A stretch of DNA of 64,000 nucleotides from positions 5,120,001-5,184,000 of the forward strand of contig CM000151.3 in NCBI GenBank assembly GCA_000004695.1, read 5' to 3'. The notes below the pieces were generated by a model. The model saw only the letters and a list, made by a program, of their open reading frames with translations, ran no database searches and was not told the DNA's origin. This stretch comes from Dictyostelium discoideum (taxonomy: Eukaryota). Positions 1 to 17,400 of this stretch are shown one piece after another. The number at the start of each line of letters is the position of its first letter. Position 1 is the first letter of the stretch. Both the position numbers and the translations under genes were made by a program.

Positions 1-1
1 A

Positions 2-331
2 CCATGGACAGTTTCAAAAGGTTATGATACATTTTGTCCAATTTCTGGATTTATACCAAAAGATAAAATTAAAGATTTAAATAATGTTGAATTATGGTGT
101 AGTGTCGATGGTCAAATCAAACAAAAAGGTAATACCAACCAAATGATTTTCGATGTTCCACATTTAATTCAATATATTAGTTCAATTATGACATTAGAAT
201 CTGGCGATTTAATTTTAACTGGTACACCTTCTGGTGTTGGTCCAGTAAAACCTGGACAAGTAATTAAATGTGGTATCACTGGTTTAGATACTGACATGCA
301 ATTCGATATCATTTTAAGAAAGAGAAATTAA
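2..331 (+). CDS. Fumarylacetoacetate hydrolase (FAH)-domain protein, C-terminal fragment. The 5' end lies outside the window.
   Basis: The open frame runs from base 2 to the stop at 329-331. The translation ...KGYDTFCPISGFIPK...DLILTGTPSGVGPVKPGQ... matches the conserved C-terminus of FAHD1-type oxaloacetate decarboxylase / FAH-family hydrolases. Confidence 0.7.
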   Translation, partial: PWTVSKGYDTFCPISGFIPKDKIKDLNNVELWCSVDGQIKQKGNTNQMIFDVPHLIQYISSIMTLESGDLILTGTPSGVGPVKPGQVIKCGITGLDTDMQFDIILRKRN

Positions 332-433
332 AATCCTTTTAAAATTATAAATTATAAATAAAAAAAAAAAAAATTAAAAAAGAAAAAATATTTTAAAAAA
401 AAAAATCAAGATTAATCAATTTATTATAATTTT

Positions 434-4359
<3,926 letters not shown>

Positions 4360-4589
4360 CTTTTTATATAATTATTAAGTATATTATTTTTATTTTAATT
4401 TGTGATTTTTTCCAAAATGAAAATAAAAAATAAGAATTCTTCCGAAAAAAAAAAAAAAAAATTAAAAAAATTAAAGTTGTATTCAAAAAAATAAAAAAAA
4501 AAAGAATCAATTAATTAATTCTGTATTTTTGTATCCTATAATTAATTTATTATAAAGAAAAATAAAAAAAATATATGTCGTATTAGTAA

Positions 4590-4632
<43 letters not shown>

Positions 4633-4807
4633 GATTTATAAAGAGGCACACGCAAATCTGTTATTTAATTAAATTTAGTGATCAAAAAAAATAATAATAA
4701 TAATAATAATAATAGTAATAAAAAAATAATAAAATAATAAAAAATATAAAATATAAAATATAAAGTGATAAATCTTTTAAAAGATTTTTTTTATTTTATT
4801 TTTGTGT

Positions 4808-4855
<48 letters not shown>

Positions 4856-6493
4856 AAAAAATAAAAACTGGCAAAAATCGATTTTTATATTTAATGTTAA
4901 TAAAAAAAAAAAATTAAATAAATAAAAATTATTGGTGCTGGGTTGTAATTTATTTGTTGTTTATTTGTTTTTTTTTTTTTTGTTTTATTGGTAATGATGA
5001 CAAAGGATTTTTTTTTTTTTTTTTTTTTTTTTAAATAAAAAAAAAAAAAAAAAATTATAATATTATTAATTATTAAATTGAATTATAATACCCCTCCAGA
5101 CATCATTAATATGAATAAAATTATAGATAAAAATGGTACAATTTTAAAATAAAAATTATTTTTATTTTTTTTTTTTAAAAAAAAAAGGAACACATTCATA
5201 TTTCTTGTGTAAAATAATTATGAGCAAGTGTGTGTTGGTGTTGAGTGTGAGTTTGTGATTTAAATTTCTTTTTTTTTTTTCTTTTTTTTATTTTATTTTA
5301 TTTTTATTTTTTTAGTTCATGACATATTTGTAGAACAAAATAGAGAACAAATAAAAATTAAAAAGTAAAAATAACAAAATAAAAACTAAAAATAAAAAAA
5401 ATAAAAAAAACTCTTTCTCTATTTAAATAAATGTGTTGTAATTTTATTGTGTTTGTGCGTGGGGGTGGTGTGTGTTGATGAAACCAAAAAATTGAAAAAT
5501 AATTGAAAATACATTGTATTTGATGAAATAATAACAATCATAAAGATTGAAGATAATGAATGTGCATATTACTCTTAAAAACAATGGGTAACACACACTC
5601 TTGTGTGGTTTTTTTTTTTATTTATTTATTTTTTTAATTTTTTTTTTATTTAATTTTGTTTATTTTTTTTTTTTTCCATAATCTATTTTTTCTTTTTTTT
5701 TTTTGGTTTTTTTTTTTATTTTTTTTTTGTGACTTACCTTTTTATAATCAATTTTTGCCCTGATGTAAATTCTTAGTTATTTGCGAAAAAGTTTCTTTTT
5801 TTGGAGAATGTGGTTTTTTTTTTTTTTTTTTAAATATTGCAATCCTAAATGAAATAGTGATTTATTTATTTATTTTTCCCTTTTTATTGCTAAAAAAAAT
5901 TATAAAATACAAAACAATTAAAATAATGTATTAAAAAAAAAAAAAAATAAAAAAATAAAAAAATAAATGAAAAAAAAAAAAATAAAAAATAAAAAAAAAC
6001 AAAAAAAGAAACTTTATAAATAAACAAATTTGGGTGATGGAATTTATATAAACAGTTTCATTTGACGTCAATTATTGTTATTTTTGTTTGAGTATCTATT
6101 GTTTGTTTGTTTTTTTGTTGTTGTTGTTATTGTTATTGTTGTGCCCTTTTTATAAATTTAAAAGAAGAAAAAAAAAATAAAAAAAAGTTCTTCTTTTGAT
6201 TATCTATAAATTTTTATAATTATTGTTATTATTATTATTTATTTGGTACCACACATAAACATAAGGTTTTTTTTTGTTTTTTTTTGTTTTTTTTTTTGTG
6301 TGTTTGTGTGTTTGTGTGTGTGTTATCTGTCCTTAAAATAAAATAAAAACACAAAAAAAAAAATGAAAATTAAAAAAAAAATTAAAAAAAAAAAAATAAA
6401 ATAAAATTTTCATTTTTTTTTCTTCATTTCCCAAACAAAATGCCACTTTAATTTGAAAAATAGTTAAAAAGGTGCCAAAATTTAAAAAATCGA

Positions 6494-7807
6494 ATGTTAA
6501 AAACCAATATAAATAAAATAATTGTGGGAGAATCTTCAAGATTTTTACGCGCACAAAATTCTTCTCTTACTAATGGTTTTCTAAAAATCCAACACACCAC
6601 CACCACTAAAAGAAGTTTCTGTAATTTTACTACCACCCCACAAATAAATAACAACACAAATAATAATAATAATAATAATAGTAATAATAACAGTTTAAAT
6701 GACAATTTTATTAATAACAATATAAAAAATAATGAATATTTAAAATTAAAAAGAGTTGTTGTAACTGGGATGGGTATTGTATCTCCATTAGGTGTAGGAA
6801 TAAAATATAATTGGGATAAATTAATAAATGGTGAGAGTGGAATTAAAAGATTTGAAGGATTTGAAGATAGTAGAATTGATTGCCCATCAAAAGTTGTAGC
6901 AAGAGTACCAAAAGGTGAAGGTATAGGTGAGTTTAATTCAAATACTATGATACCATCACAAGTGAAATTGGCAAGCTCTGATTTCATAAAATATGCAATC
7001 GTTGCAACTGATGAAGCTATTAAAGATTCAAAACTAGATAAATTCATTGAATCAAATGAAAAACTTCAAGAAAGAATTGGAGTATGTATTGGTTCTGGTA
7101 CAGGTTCAATGGAAGAAATTATCTCAGCAAATGAAAAGATTTCAAATAAATTAAATAACAATAACAATAACAGTGATAGTGGTAGTGGTAGTGGTAGTGG
7201 TGGTGGTGGTGGTAAAGTTTCAGCATATTTTATACCAAAAATTTTAATTAATGAAGCATCTGGTATAATTAGTATTTTACATAAAGCGAAAGGACCTAAT
7301 ATGTCAATTGTTAGTGCATGTGCAACTGGGTCTCATTGTATTGGCGAATCATTTAGAAAGATAAAATATGGTGAAGTGGACGCAATGATATGTGGTGGTA
7401 CTGAAGCGAGTATAAATTCAGTTTCAATGATTGGTTTCTCACGTATGAAAGCATTATCAACCAAATATAATAATCATATTAATCCATCATCAAGTAGTAG
7501 ACCATTCGATGAAGGTAGGGATGGATTTGTAATGGGTGAAGGCTCTGGAATATTAATATTGGAAGAGTATGAACATGCTTTAAAAAGAGGTGCAAATATT
7601 TATTGTGAAATCACTGGTTATGGTTCAACTGGCGATGCCCATCATATTTCAGCTCCAAATTCTGATGGAAACGGTCCGTTAAGGTCAATGAATTTAGCAT
7701 TACTAGAATCTGGTTTACCAAATTCCTCTCATATCGATTATATAAATGCTCATGCAACTTCAACGCCATTAGGTGATGGTATTGAATGTACTGCTGTTAA
7801 AAACTTT

Positions 7808-7858
<51 letters not shown>

Positions 7859-8119
7859 GAAATTATAATGAGCTCAAATAAAGGTTCAATTGGTCATTTG
7901 TTGGGTGCTGCTGGAAGTGTTGAATCAATATTTTCAATTTTATCATTATATAATAATATTATACCACCAACTTTAAATTTAGAAAATCCATCAAAAGATT
8001 GTCAGGGTATAAATTTAGTACAATTTAAATCTCAATCAAAACCAATTAGAAATGTTTTAAAAAATTCATTTGGATTTGGTGGAACAAATTGTTCTTTAAT
8101 TTTTTCAAAAATAAATTAA
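6494..8119 (+). CDS. Mitochondrial 3-oxoacyl-[acyl-carrier-protein] synthase (beta-ketoacyl-ACP synthase II / OXSM-like), single exon.
   Basis: The N-terminal presequence-like region is followed by the KAS motifs VVVTGMGIVSPLG, active-site Cys (SIVSACATGSHCIGE), HATSTPLGD and GHLLGAAG. The frame is uninterrupted from the ATG at 6494 to the stop at 8117-8119. Confidence 0.85.
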
Positions 8120-8178
8120 ATAAATTAAATTTTGGAAAAAGGAAAAAGGAAAAAAAAAACGAACAGGATATTTTTTTT

Positions 8179-8219
<41 letters not shown>

Positions 8220-8280
8220 AAAAAAACGAAATCAACGACCGAGTAATTTTTTTTTTTTTTTTTTAATTTTTTAATTTTTG

Positions 8281-8311
<31 letters not shown>

Positions 8312-8410
8312 ATTTCTCTTCTCTATCTCACTTTCCCAAAAAACTTAACCTTTTTAAATTATTTTATAAATATTTATTATAAAATAATAAAAAAAAGAAA
8401 AAAAAAAAGA

Positions 8411-10120
8411 ATGATTTCATCAATTCAATGGGTACCAAGAGGTGCATCAAATCCATTCCCAAAGAAATTTGACCCAAATGGTGAAGATATGGAAGAATTA
8501 AATGAAGAAGAAATTAAAGCAATGCAAGAAGAGGAAGAAGAAGATAGAATAATTGAAAAGAAATTTGAAAAGGGTGTACCAAGTGTTATGAATGACAAAG
8601 AAAAAGATTTTTATAAGAGATATAATTTTGATGATTATGATAGTGATGAAGGTGAACAAGATGAAGAGGAAAGAGATGAAAATGATCATAGTCGTAAAAC
8701 AGAAGAAGTTGGATTAAAATTCATTAATAGAGCAATGAAGGGTTTAATGTTTTATAAAGATACAGATTCAGATCCATACTTAACCAATAAGGAAGAAGAG
8801 GATATTGAAGATATAGAGGATGTTATTATTAGACCAACCGATTCAATATTGGTATCAGCAATTGTCACTGGTGAAGATGATTATTCGCATTTAGATATTA
8901 TGGTCTATGAAGAGGAATGCGATAATCTATACGTTCATCATGATATTATCCTCTCATCATATCCATTGGCATTGGCATGGATGGATCAAAACCCAATAAA
9001 TCCACAAGAGAAAGGTTCGTTCATGGCCGTTGGTACTTTCGAGCCATCCATCGAAATTTGGGATTTGGATGTTGTAGATAATTTAATTCCAACCGTTATA
9101 TTGGGTGGTAAAGAAGAGGATAGCGCCGATCCAATGAAAAAGCCATCCGCTAAAAAACGTGGTGGTAAACATAATAAATTCAAGGAAGGTAGTCATAGAG
9201 ATGGTGTTATGTCTCTCTCTTGGAATAGTCATCAACGTAATGTTTTAGCAAGTGGTAGCAGTGATAATACCGTCAAGGTTTGGGATATCACAACTCAACA
9301 ATGTCTCAACACCTTTACTCATCATAAGGATAAAGTATCTTGTTTACATTGGAATTCTCATGAGAAAACTGCACTTTTAATTGGTTCTCATGATAAACAT
9401 GTTAGTATTCTCGATGTTCGTGCACCAGATTCCGCATATAAATGGTCCGTAAAAGGTGAGGTTGAATCTTTATCTTGGAATCCACATAATCCAAAAGAGT
9501 TCATCGTTGGTACTGATGATGGTAGATTACTTTGTTATGATGCTACACTTGGTACTGCCGCTGCTCCAGTTTGGTCTGTTCAAGCCTCTCAAAAAGGTAG
9601 CGTCTCTTGTTTCTCCTATTGTCCTGGTCAAGTTGGTTTCTTTGCAACTGGTTCCTCTGATCATACTGTTAAACTTTGGAATTTAGAAACCTCCTCAAAT
9701 AAACCAACCCTCATTGAATCTAAAAATTTAGGTCAAGAAATTTTCACACTTTCATTCTTTGAAAATTCACCTTTCCTCTTAGCAGTTGGTTCTGAAACTC
9801 AAAGACCAAATGTAATTGACACTAAAAGATTTATCTCTGTACAAAATAGTTTTGGTATCGCTAGACCTGAAAATTCAAAAGAACCAGTTTTCATTACAAA
9901 TAATAAAAATAAAAATAATACTGAAGAAGAAGAAGAAGAAATTGAAGAAGATACTGATAGTGATCATAATGATGATGAAATTGAAGAAGAACAAGAAGAA
10001 GAAGAACAAGAAAAAGAAATTACACCTCCACCAAAACAAACTAAAAAATTAAATAATACAAAAAATAATAAAAAAGATGTTAAAAATAGAAAGAAAGTTG
10101 GTGATTCAGATGAAGAATAA
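8411..10120 (+). CDS. pwp1: Periodic tryptophan protein 1 homologue (PWP1), a WD40-repeat ribosome-biogenesis factor. Single exon.
   Basis: Strong similarity to PWP1 across YVHHDIILSSYPLALAWMD, IEIWDLDVVDNLIPTVILGG and DGVMSLSWNSHQRNVLASGSSDNTVKVWDI. There is an acidic N-terminus and a K/E-rich C-terminus. Confidence 0.85.
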   Translation: MISSIQWVPRGASNPFPKKFDPNGEDMEELNEEEIKAMQEEEEEDRIIEKKFEKGVPSVMNDKEKDFYKRYNFDDYDSDEGEQDEEERDENDHSRKTEEVGLKFINRAMKGLMFYKDTDSDPYLTNKEEEDIEDIEDVIIRPTDSILVSAIVTGEDDYSHLDIMVYEEECDNLYVHHDIILSSYPLALAWMDQNPINPQEKGSFMAVGTFEPSIEIWDLDVVDNLIPTVILGGKEEDSADPMKKPSAKKRGGKHNKFKEGSHRDGVMSLSWNSHQRNVLASGSSDNTVKVWDITTQQCLNTFTHHKDKVSCLHWNSHEKTALLIGSHDKHVSILDVRAPDSAYKWSVKGEVESLSWNPHNPKEFIVGTDDGRLLCYDATLGTAAAPVWSVQASQKGSVSCFSYCPGQVGFFATGSSDHTVKLWNLETSSNKPTLIESKNLGQEIFTLSFFENSPFLLAVGSETQRPNVIDTKRFISVQNSFGIARPENSKEPVFITNNKNKNNTEEEEEEIEEDTDSDHNDDEIEEEQEEEEQEKEITPPPKQTKKLNNTKNNKKDVKNRKKVGDSDEE

Positions 10121-10441
10121 AATAAAATTAAATAATAAAATTAAATAAAAAAAAAAAAAGATTTTAAAAATATAATTAATTTTTTTTTTTTTTTCCAAGG
10201 ATAGGATCTTCAAAAGATACAAAGGGATTTCTTTGTATCTTTTCTAGATGTGTTTTAAAATGTATTTTATTTAAAGTTAAAATTTATATTATTTTTTTTT
10301 TCATATTATTAATTTTTTTTTTTTTTTAAACTTCTTATATATTGGAACTGGGAGGAGGTAATGGATTTATTGGTCACATCTTTGATTTTTAGTAGAAAGT
10401 TTTTTGATGGTGGCTATTATCGAGTTTTCCTATTCTTTATT

Positions 10442-10496
<55 letters not shown>

Positions 10497-10842
10497 AAGC
10501 AAATAAATAATTAAAAATAAATTATCTAAACACTATTAAATTATTCAATTTTTACCTTTTTCCTAAATTAAAATTTGAAAAAATACCATGGAACATTTAT
10601 TATCCTATATAAATAATAACCTTAAGTTTGTTTCGATTGTTTTATTGGTGTCAAAATTAATGATTTGTTTTTTTTGGTGTGTGATTTGAAAATGATTGGG
10701 TTTTTTTTTTTTAAAATTTAATTCACCCACAAAATTACTTGTAAAAGTAAAATTAAAATTAAACCTTTTTTTTTTATTCCCTGCGTCTTGGTAAATTTGG
10801 ATTTGTCATTGGGATATTACTGATTTTTTACACATAAAAAAA

Positions 10843-10880
<38 letters not shown>

Positions 10881-10986
10881 TTTATTTTTTTTTTTTTTTC
10901 ATTTTTTTTTTGATCGTTCGAATCAACTCTTGTTGTTTGTTTGAAAATCAAATCAATTTCCTTTAAAGATAGTTTTTTAAAGAAAA

Positions 10987-11545
10987 ATGGCACCACCAAC
11001 AAAAGAATTAACAAATAAAGAGATTACAGCAATCAAGGGTATTTCAGTAAGTTTTTAATTACTATTTTTTTTTTTTTTTTTATAAATATATCCTCATTTC
11101 TAATTTTTTCACTATCTACTATTTTATTATTATTTTTTTGTTTTTTCTTAAAATAGAAATTATTTGATGATAAGAAATACAGTAAAGGTTTAAAAGAGTG
11201 TAATGCAATTTTAAAGAATCATCCAGAAAATCCAGATGCATCATGTTTTAAGAGTTTGATTTTATACAATTTAGAACAACAATATGAAGCACGTGAAAAT
11301 GCAATCAAAACCACCAAAACCTTACCAACCAACTCAATGGCATGGCATACATTAGGTTACATTTATAAATTGGATAAGAACTATCTCGATGCAACTACAG
11401 CCTTTAAAAATGCTTCAAAATTCAATAAAGAAAGTTCACAAATCTTAAAAGAATTAGCACCACTTCAATTATATTCAAGAGATTTAGAAGGTTTAAAGGT
11501 AAGAATTTTTTGTTTTTTTTTTTTTTTTATTTTTAATTTTCTACT

Positions 11546-11634
<89 letters not shown>

Positions 11635-14105
11635 TTAATAATAATTAATAATTTTTTATTTTTTTAATTTTTTAAGGAAACGTATGCAACATTATTAAAA
11701 TTACAACCAACTCATAAACCACATTGGACAGGATTAGTGACTACATATCAATTAATGGGACAAACTAAATCAGCATTATCAGTATTTGAAAGATATTTAG
11801 ATACACTCGAAGAGAAAGATTTAGTTGGTGTTAAAAAGACTGAATCACTTCTCTACAGAGTTATGCTTAACTTTGAATTGGAAGAATATGATCAAGCTCT
11901 TGATATTTTAGTAAAGAATGAAAAAACAATAATAGATAAACTTTGGGCAATGTCAAAACATGGTGATATTCTCTTAAAGAAGGGTGAACTCTCTGCAGCT
12001 GAAGCTAAATTTAAAGATTTAATTAAATTAAATCAAGATGATTTAAATGTTCACAAAAAACTTTGGGAATCAAAAAATATTAGATCTTTAGGTAATTTAT
12101 TATTTATATATATATAATAATTTTAATTATATTTATATAATTAACACATTTTAATTTATATAAATACTATATATATAGATAATTTAAGTGATGAAGAAAT
12201 TTCAACATTAGATTCATTATATAAAGAATTAAGTTCATTATATCCAAAGAGTTTATTAATTCAAAAGATACCATTATTATTTTTAAAGGATAAACAACAA
12301 TTTAGAGAACATGCAGTATTATACACAAAGAATTTCCTTAGCAAAGGTATTCCATCATTATTCAACAATCTCAAATGTTTATACAATAATAAAGAGAAAG
12401 TTGAAATTTTATCTCAATTATTTTTAGATCAATTAAATTCACTCAAAGAGAAACAACAATTATTAGGTTCCGATGAAAAAGAATCACCATCAACTGTCTT
12501 ATGGTGTCTTTATTATTTAGCTCAACATTTCGATAGAATTAATGATTATTCAACTTCTTTATCTTATATTAATCAAGCAATTGAACATACTCCAACTTGT
12601 TTAGATTTATATGTTGTTAAAGCTAAATTATATAAAGTAAGTAATCAATTAATTAATAATCATTATAAACACAGTGTGGTGATATATTAATATAATTTTT
12701 TATATTTATTTATTTATTTATTTTTAGCATCAAGGTGATTTACAAAAAGCTTATGAAGAATATGATAGAGCTCGTAATTTAGATTTAGCAGATAGATATT
12801 TAAATACTAAATGTGCATTATATGCCCTTAGAAATAATGATCCAGATACAGCTGAAGCAATCTTTTCATTGATTAAGGATGAAACTCAAACACTTTTATT
12901 CAACATTCAAGAATTCCAATGTATTTGGTATGAAAGAGAATTGGGTAAAACTTATTTAAGAGCTGGTGATAATGCTAGAGCAATTAAATTATTCAATTTT
13001 GTTGATAAAGTATGTACATTAATTAATCAATCAATTTTTTTTTTTTTTTTTTTTTTGTTTTTATTTTTATTTTTATACTAATTTTTTTTTTTTTTTTTTT
13101 TTATTATTTTAGAATCATCTTGAATACCTTGAAGATCAAATGGATTTCCATAATCATATTAATAAGAAATTAACAATGAGATCATATATTGAATTTTTAA
13201 GATGGGAAGATCAAGTTTATCAAAATAAACCATACATTGCCACTGGAAAAGCACATGTTAAAGCATACCTTAATCATCAAAATAAACCAGAAGTTATGGC
13301 ACCATTGAAAAAAGTACCAGCAATTAAGAAACCAGCACCAAAACCATCTCAATTGGAACCAAAGAAAGATCCAAACACTGGTCTCACCATTCCAGAGGAT
13401 GACGATTTGAATGGTAAAAAGTTCTTGGTTAAACAAGTTAATCTCATGGATTCAGCTCAACTCATTTTAGATAATCTCTTGAAAAATACAAATGATATTG
13501 AAATTTATTCATTAGCTTGCCAAGTTAATACACATCAAAGTAAGTTTAAATTTTTAAAATATTTTTTTTAAATATTTTTATTTTTTTACATATATATATA
13601 AACTAACCTTTATTATTTTTTAACAATAAAAAAAAAAAATATAGAGAAATATTTATTAGTATTAAAATCATTGGTTAAAATTAAATCAATTAATGAAAAT
13701 AGTCCATGTTATTATGAAAATTTAGTTGATTTAATGATTAAAGTATCAGAAGATAAAGAGGTATCAGCAATTGTTAAAGCAGCAGTTGAAAAACAAGCAG
13801 GTTTTTCATCAGATGTTGAATCAATTTTAGCAAACAACCAAACTTATCTCGAAAAACTTGGTGACAATGTTACCGCTCAACATCGTTTCGTTGTTGGTAA
13901 AATCATTGCCAAACTTTCACCATCATCACTTGATAAAGCATCAGAATTGATTTTGAATGTTCAAGGTGAAACAAGTTGGAAACAATGCGCTGACAACCTT
14001 CAATCTCTTTCTCTTGTATCTTCCGAACTCACTTCTAAATACAGAGAAAAATTACACGAACATTTCCCAATTGCTAACTATTTCCAACCAAAAGTTGAAA
14101 ATTAA
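10987..14105 (+). CDS. naa15: N-alpha-acetyltransferase 15/16 (NatA auxiliary subunit, TPR protein). Seven exons: 10987-11046, 11157-11498, 11677-12091, 12179-12636, 12728-13009, 13113-13539, 13645-14105.
   Basis: The exons were joined by eye using GTAAGT/GTAAGA/GTATGT donors and AT-rich (t)nAG acceptors. All phases are consistent. The translation aligns with NAA15 along its length (TPR repeats; ...PSTVLWCLYYLAQHFDRINDYSTSLSYINQAIEHTPTCLDLYVVKAKLYK...; C-terminal KYLLVLKSL...). The ATG is at 10987 and the stop at 14103-14105. Confidence 0.8.
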
Positions 14106-14434
14106 TTCAAAATAAAAAAAATAATAATAATGAATAATAAATAATAATCAATTTAAAAATAAACTAATCAATAAATAAATTTAACAAAAAAAAAAAAAAA
14201 ACTTTTCTAAACACTTTTTTTTAATTATTTCTTTTATTTGTACATTATTATTATTTTTTTGTTTTGTAAATTTGGTTAAAGGTAATTTATTTTTTAATCA
14301 AATAATTGAGTTAAAGAATCCAAATGAGATTTTAATTTTTAAGTATTAATATTAAAAGATAATTTTTTTTTTTTTTTTTTTTTTAATTTTTAAAAGATGG
14401 AATAGTCAAGTATAGTTGGAGTTATTTGAACTAC

Positions 14435-17400
14435 TTATGTTTTTTTTGTTGCGGTTTGTTTTGAGGTGTTAGTTGGATTGGGAGTAGATGTTGAAGTTGA
14501 TTTTGAACTAATTCTCTGAATGATACTATTAATACTACTTGATGATAATTGTAAATGAGTGAATAAATTCTTTGTAAATTCTTTATCTATCCAATTCTTT
14601 AATTGTACTGTTAATAAAGAATCAATACCATAGTCTTTTAATCTTGTATCTAAATTTAATTTTGATGGATGAATTGATAATAATTCAGAGATTGTAGAAA
14701 TGACTTTTGCTTGAGTAGAACCAGAATCACCCAATGAATCATCAGAACTAGCAGATGAAGTTTTATAATTTGTTAGGTGGTGATCCATTTTTCTCTTCAT
14801 TTGAGGTGCAGAAGATAAAAGATTATCAATATTGAAACTTGAAAGCATAAAGTTTGATAAATGGGAATTAGATGGTTGGAAAACTGAATCAAGACAACCT
14901 AAAATCTTTGATAAAGAAACCAATAAAATACCTTGACCCTCTAAGAAACTTGCGACTGATTTATCAGTGGCGGCAACACCACCAGCATCCAAACCACCCC
15001 AATTAATTGAAGTTGAAGCAAGACCAATACTCTTTCTATAGTTTGATAATGAATCCAATACTAAATTAGCACTACTATATGCACATTGTTTTGAACCACC
15101 AATGATGGCACCAATTGATGAAAAGAGAATAAAGTTTTCTAATTTCCAATCTTTTTCAATTGAAAGATTATGTAAATTAATTGCACCGACTGCTTTTGGA
15201 TTATGAGTATTATCAATTACGGTTTGAGTGATATTTTCTGGTAAAATGTATTCATAAACTGTTGCAAAATGTAATACTGATTTAATTGGTGAAACATTTT
15301 TACAACTTGAATAAACTTGATCAATTGCAGTACGAGTTGAATTTAAATCTGCAATATTTACAGATTTATAATGGAATCTAAATCTATCACCATATTTATG
15401 TTTAGTTTGATTAATTAAATTTTCAAGTTCCCATTTTAATGATGATCTTGATAAAATTATGAAATCTGTTACTTGTTGTTGTGATTTATTTGAATTTAAA
15501 ACAGAACCAGAAATAATCCATTTTAAAATATGAACAGCAATACCAGTTTGACCAGTGATTAAAATTGTATTATTTAAAGTATCACAAGTATGTTCCAATT
15601 TTTTAACTTTATTCAATTGAATTGGATTTTCTTTCTCTTGTAAAGCTGGTTTAAGAATATCTTGTTCAAAGTTTTCAAAATCAACTACAATTTTACCAAT
15701 ATGAACACGTTCATTAATATATTCAATCGCAGTTTTAACTTGAATTGCTGGGAAAACTTTAACTGGAATATTTTCAAGACTACCATCAGAAATTGCATCA
15801 AATACTTCTGTGAGGATATCTCTAATAATTTTTGAATTATATTTCGTAGCTCTATCTAAATCTATTGTATTGTAGCCAACATGATACTTAAAGTTTGAAA
15901 AATCTAATGAATCATTTTCAACCAATTGAGTGACTGATAAATCCATAATTCTACCAACTTGGGAAAGTGAACGGAAATTTGAAGATAAATAATCACCAGA
16001 GAGTGTATTTAAAATTAAATCTACACCTCCTTGTGCTGATTGTTGTTTAATTTCATCGCAATATTCAGTATCTCTACTATTGTAAATTGCAGTTATTAAA
16101 TCACCATATTTCTCTTGTAAATAATCGATTTTTTCTTTGGAACCCACTGTAGCATAAATTGAAGCATCATTACTAATTTCAGAGTTGCCATGTTTTTTCA
16201 ATTGATTTCTCTTCCATTTTAAAAGATTTAAACTTGCTAAACCAACACCACCAGTTGCAGAATGAACTAGGATTGATTCTTTATCGGCAATAAAAGCACC
16301 AATATGGAAAATTGAATAATAACTTGTTGCATAAACTACACAAACGGCAGCAGCTTCATTGAATGAAATATTTTCAGGTTTTAATACAATTTTATTTTGA
16401 TGAGTTGTAACATGTGAACTTAAAGAATGGCTTGCAAAACCAACAACTTGATCACCAACTTTGAAACGAGTAACGCCACTTGGTGCAACACGTGTAATAT
16501 AACCAGCACATTCTAAACCGAATGGTGGAGAATAAATATCACCTTTTGAAAAGACTTCTTGTGGTAATAAACCTCTATAGAAAAGACTATCTTTATAATT
16601 GATACCAGTTGACATAACTTTAATTTCGACGCAACCATGCAGTAATTTCTCTTTGCTTTGGAATGAAAAATCTAAATTACTATTTGAATACAAGAATAAA
16701 TTATTTGTATTCTTTTCATAATTATTTGATGGTGATAACAATTTTGGCTCTTTGAAAATCTTTTGAACAAAAATTTTATTATTTCTAACAATAGTTTCTC
16801 TATCACCAATTGTAGATAGATCAACTAAACGTAAGAATAATGTAAGATTATCAATTGAATCTTTATCTACATCAATTGAAAAGATATTCAATGACCGAAA
16901 TTCTAAAAAGTATCTAAAAGTACCAATTAATGATGATCCTAAATAATTTTTACCACCATTTTGAGAATCGTAAGTTAATAAAGCAAATCTAGTTGAAAGA
17001 TTATTTCTTAAAAGTATTTGATTAACTAATGTATATTGCATTGTAACTTGTTTATAATTTTCAATTGTTAATTCTTCAAGTGAAACTAAAAAGAAAATAA
17101 TATCATTTTTACCAACACCTGATTCAATTGTCTTTGTTAATAATTCACTATCATCAGCTTCAATAATTGTTGCATTTTGACAGAAAAATTCAGTAATATC
17201 AAAATATTCTTGAATATATGAAGTTGGATTTTCTTTTTGTTCTTTTGAAACTATGAATATACAATTACTATATGATGAATTTAATGATTTTGGATCAGAT
17301 GAGAAAGTTAATGACATTGATTCAATATCTCTCTTTTCAGCTTGAACTATTAAAATTGATGGAGGAGGTGGTTGTTGTTGTTCTTCATCATCTTTAGTAT

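Noticed and set aside
6333-7047. Minus-strand ORFs 6333..6554 and 6448..7047 overlapping the KAS gene
   Set aside because: Their composition is not coding-like (poly-F/L). The plus-strand frame carries an unmistakable beta-ketoacyl synthase.
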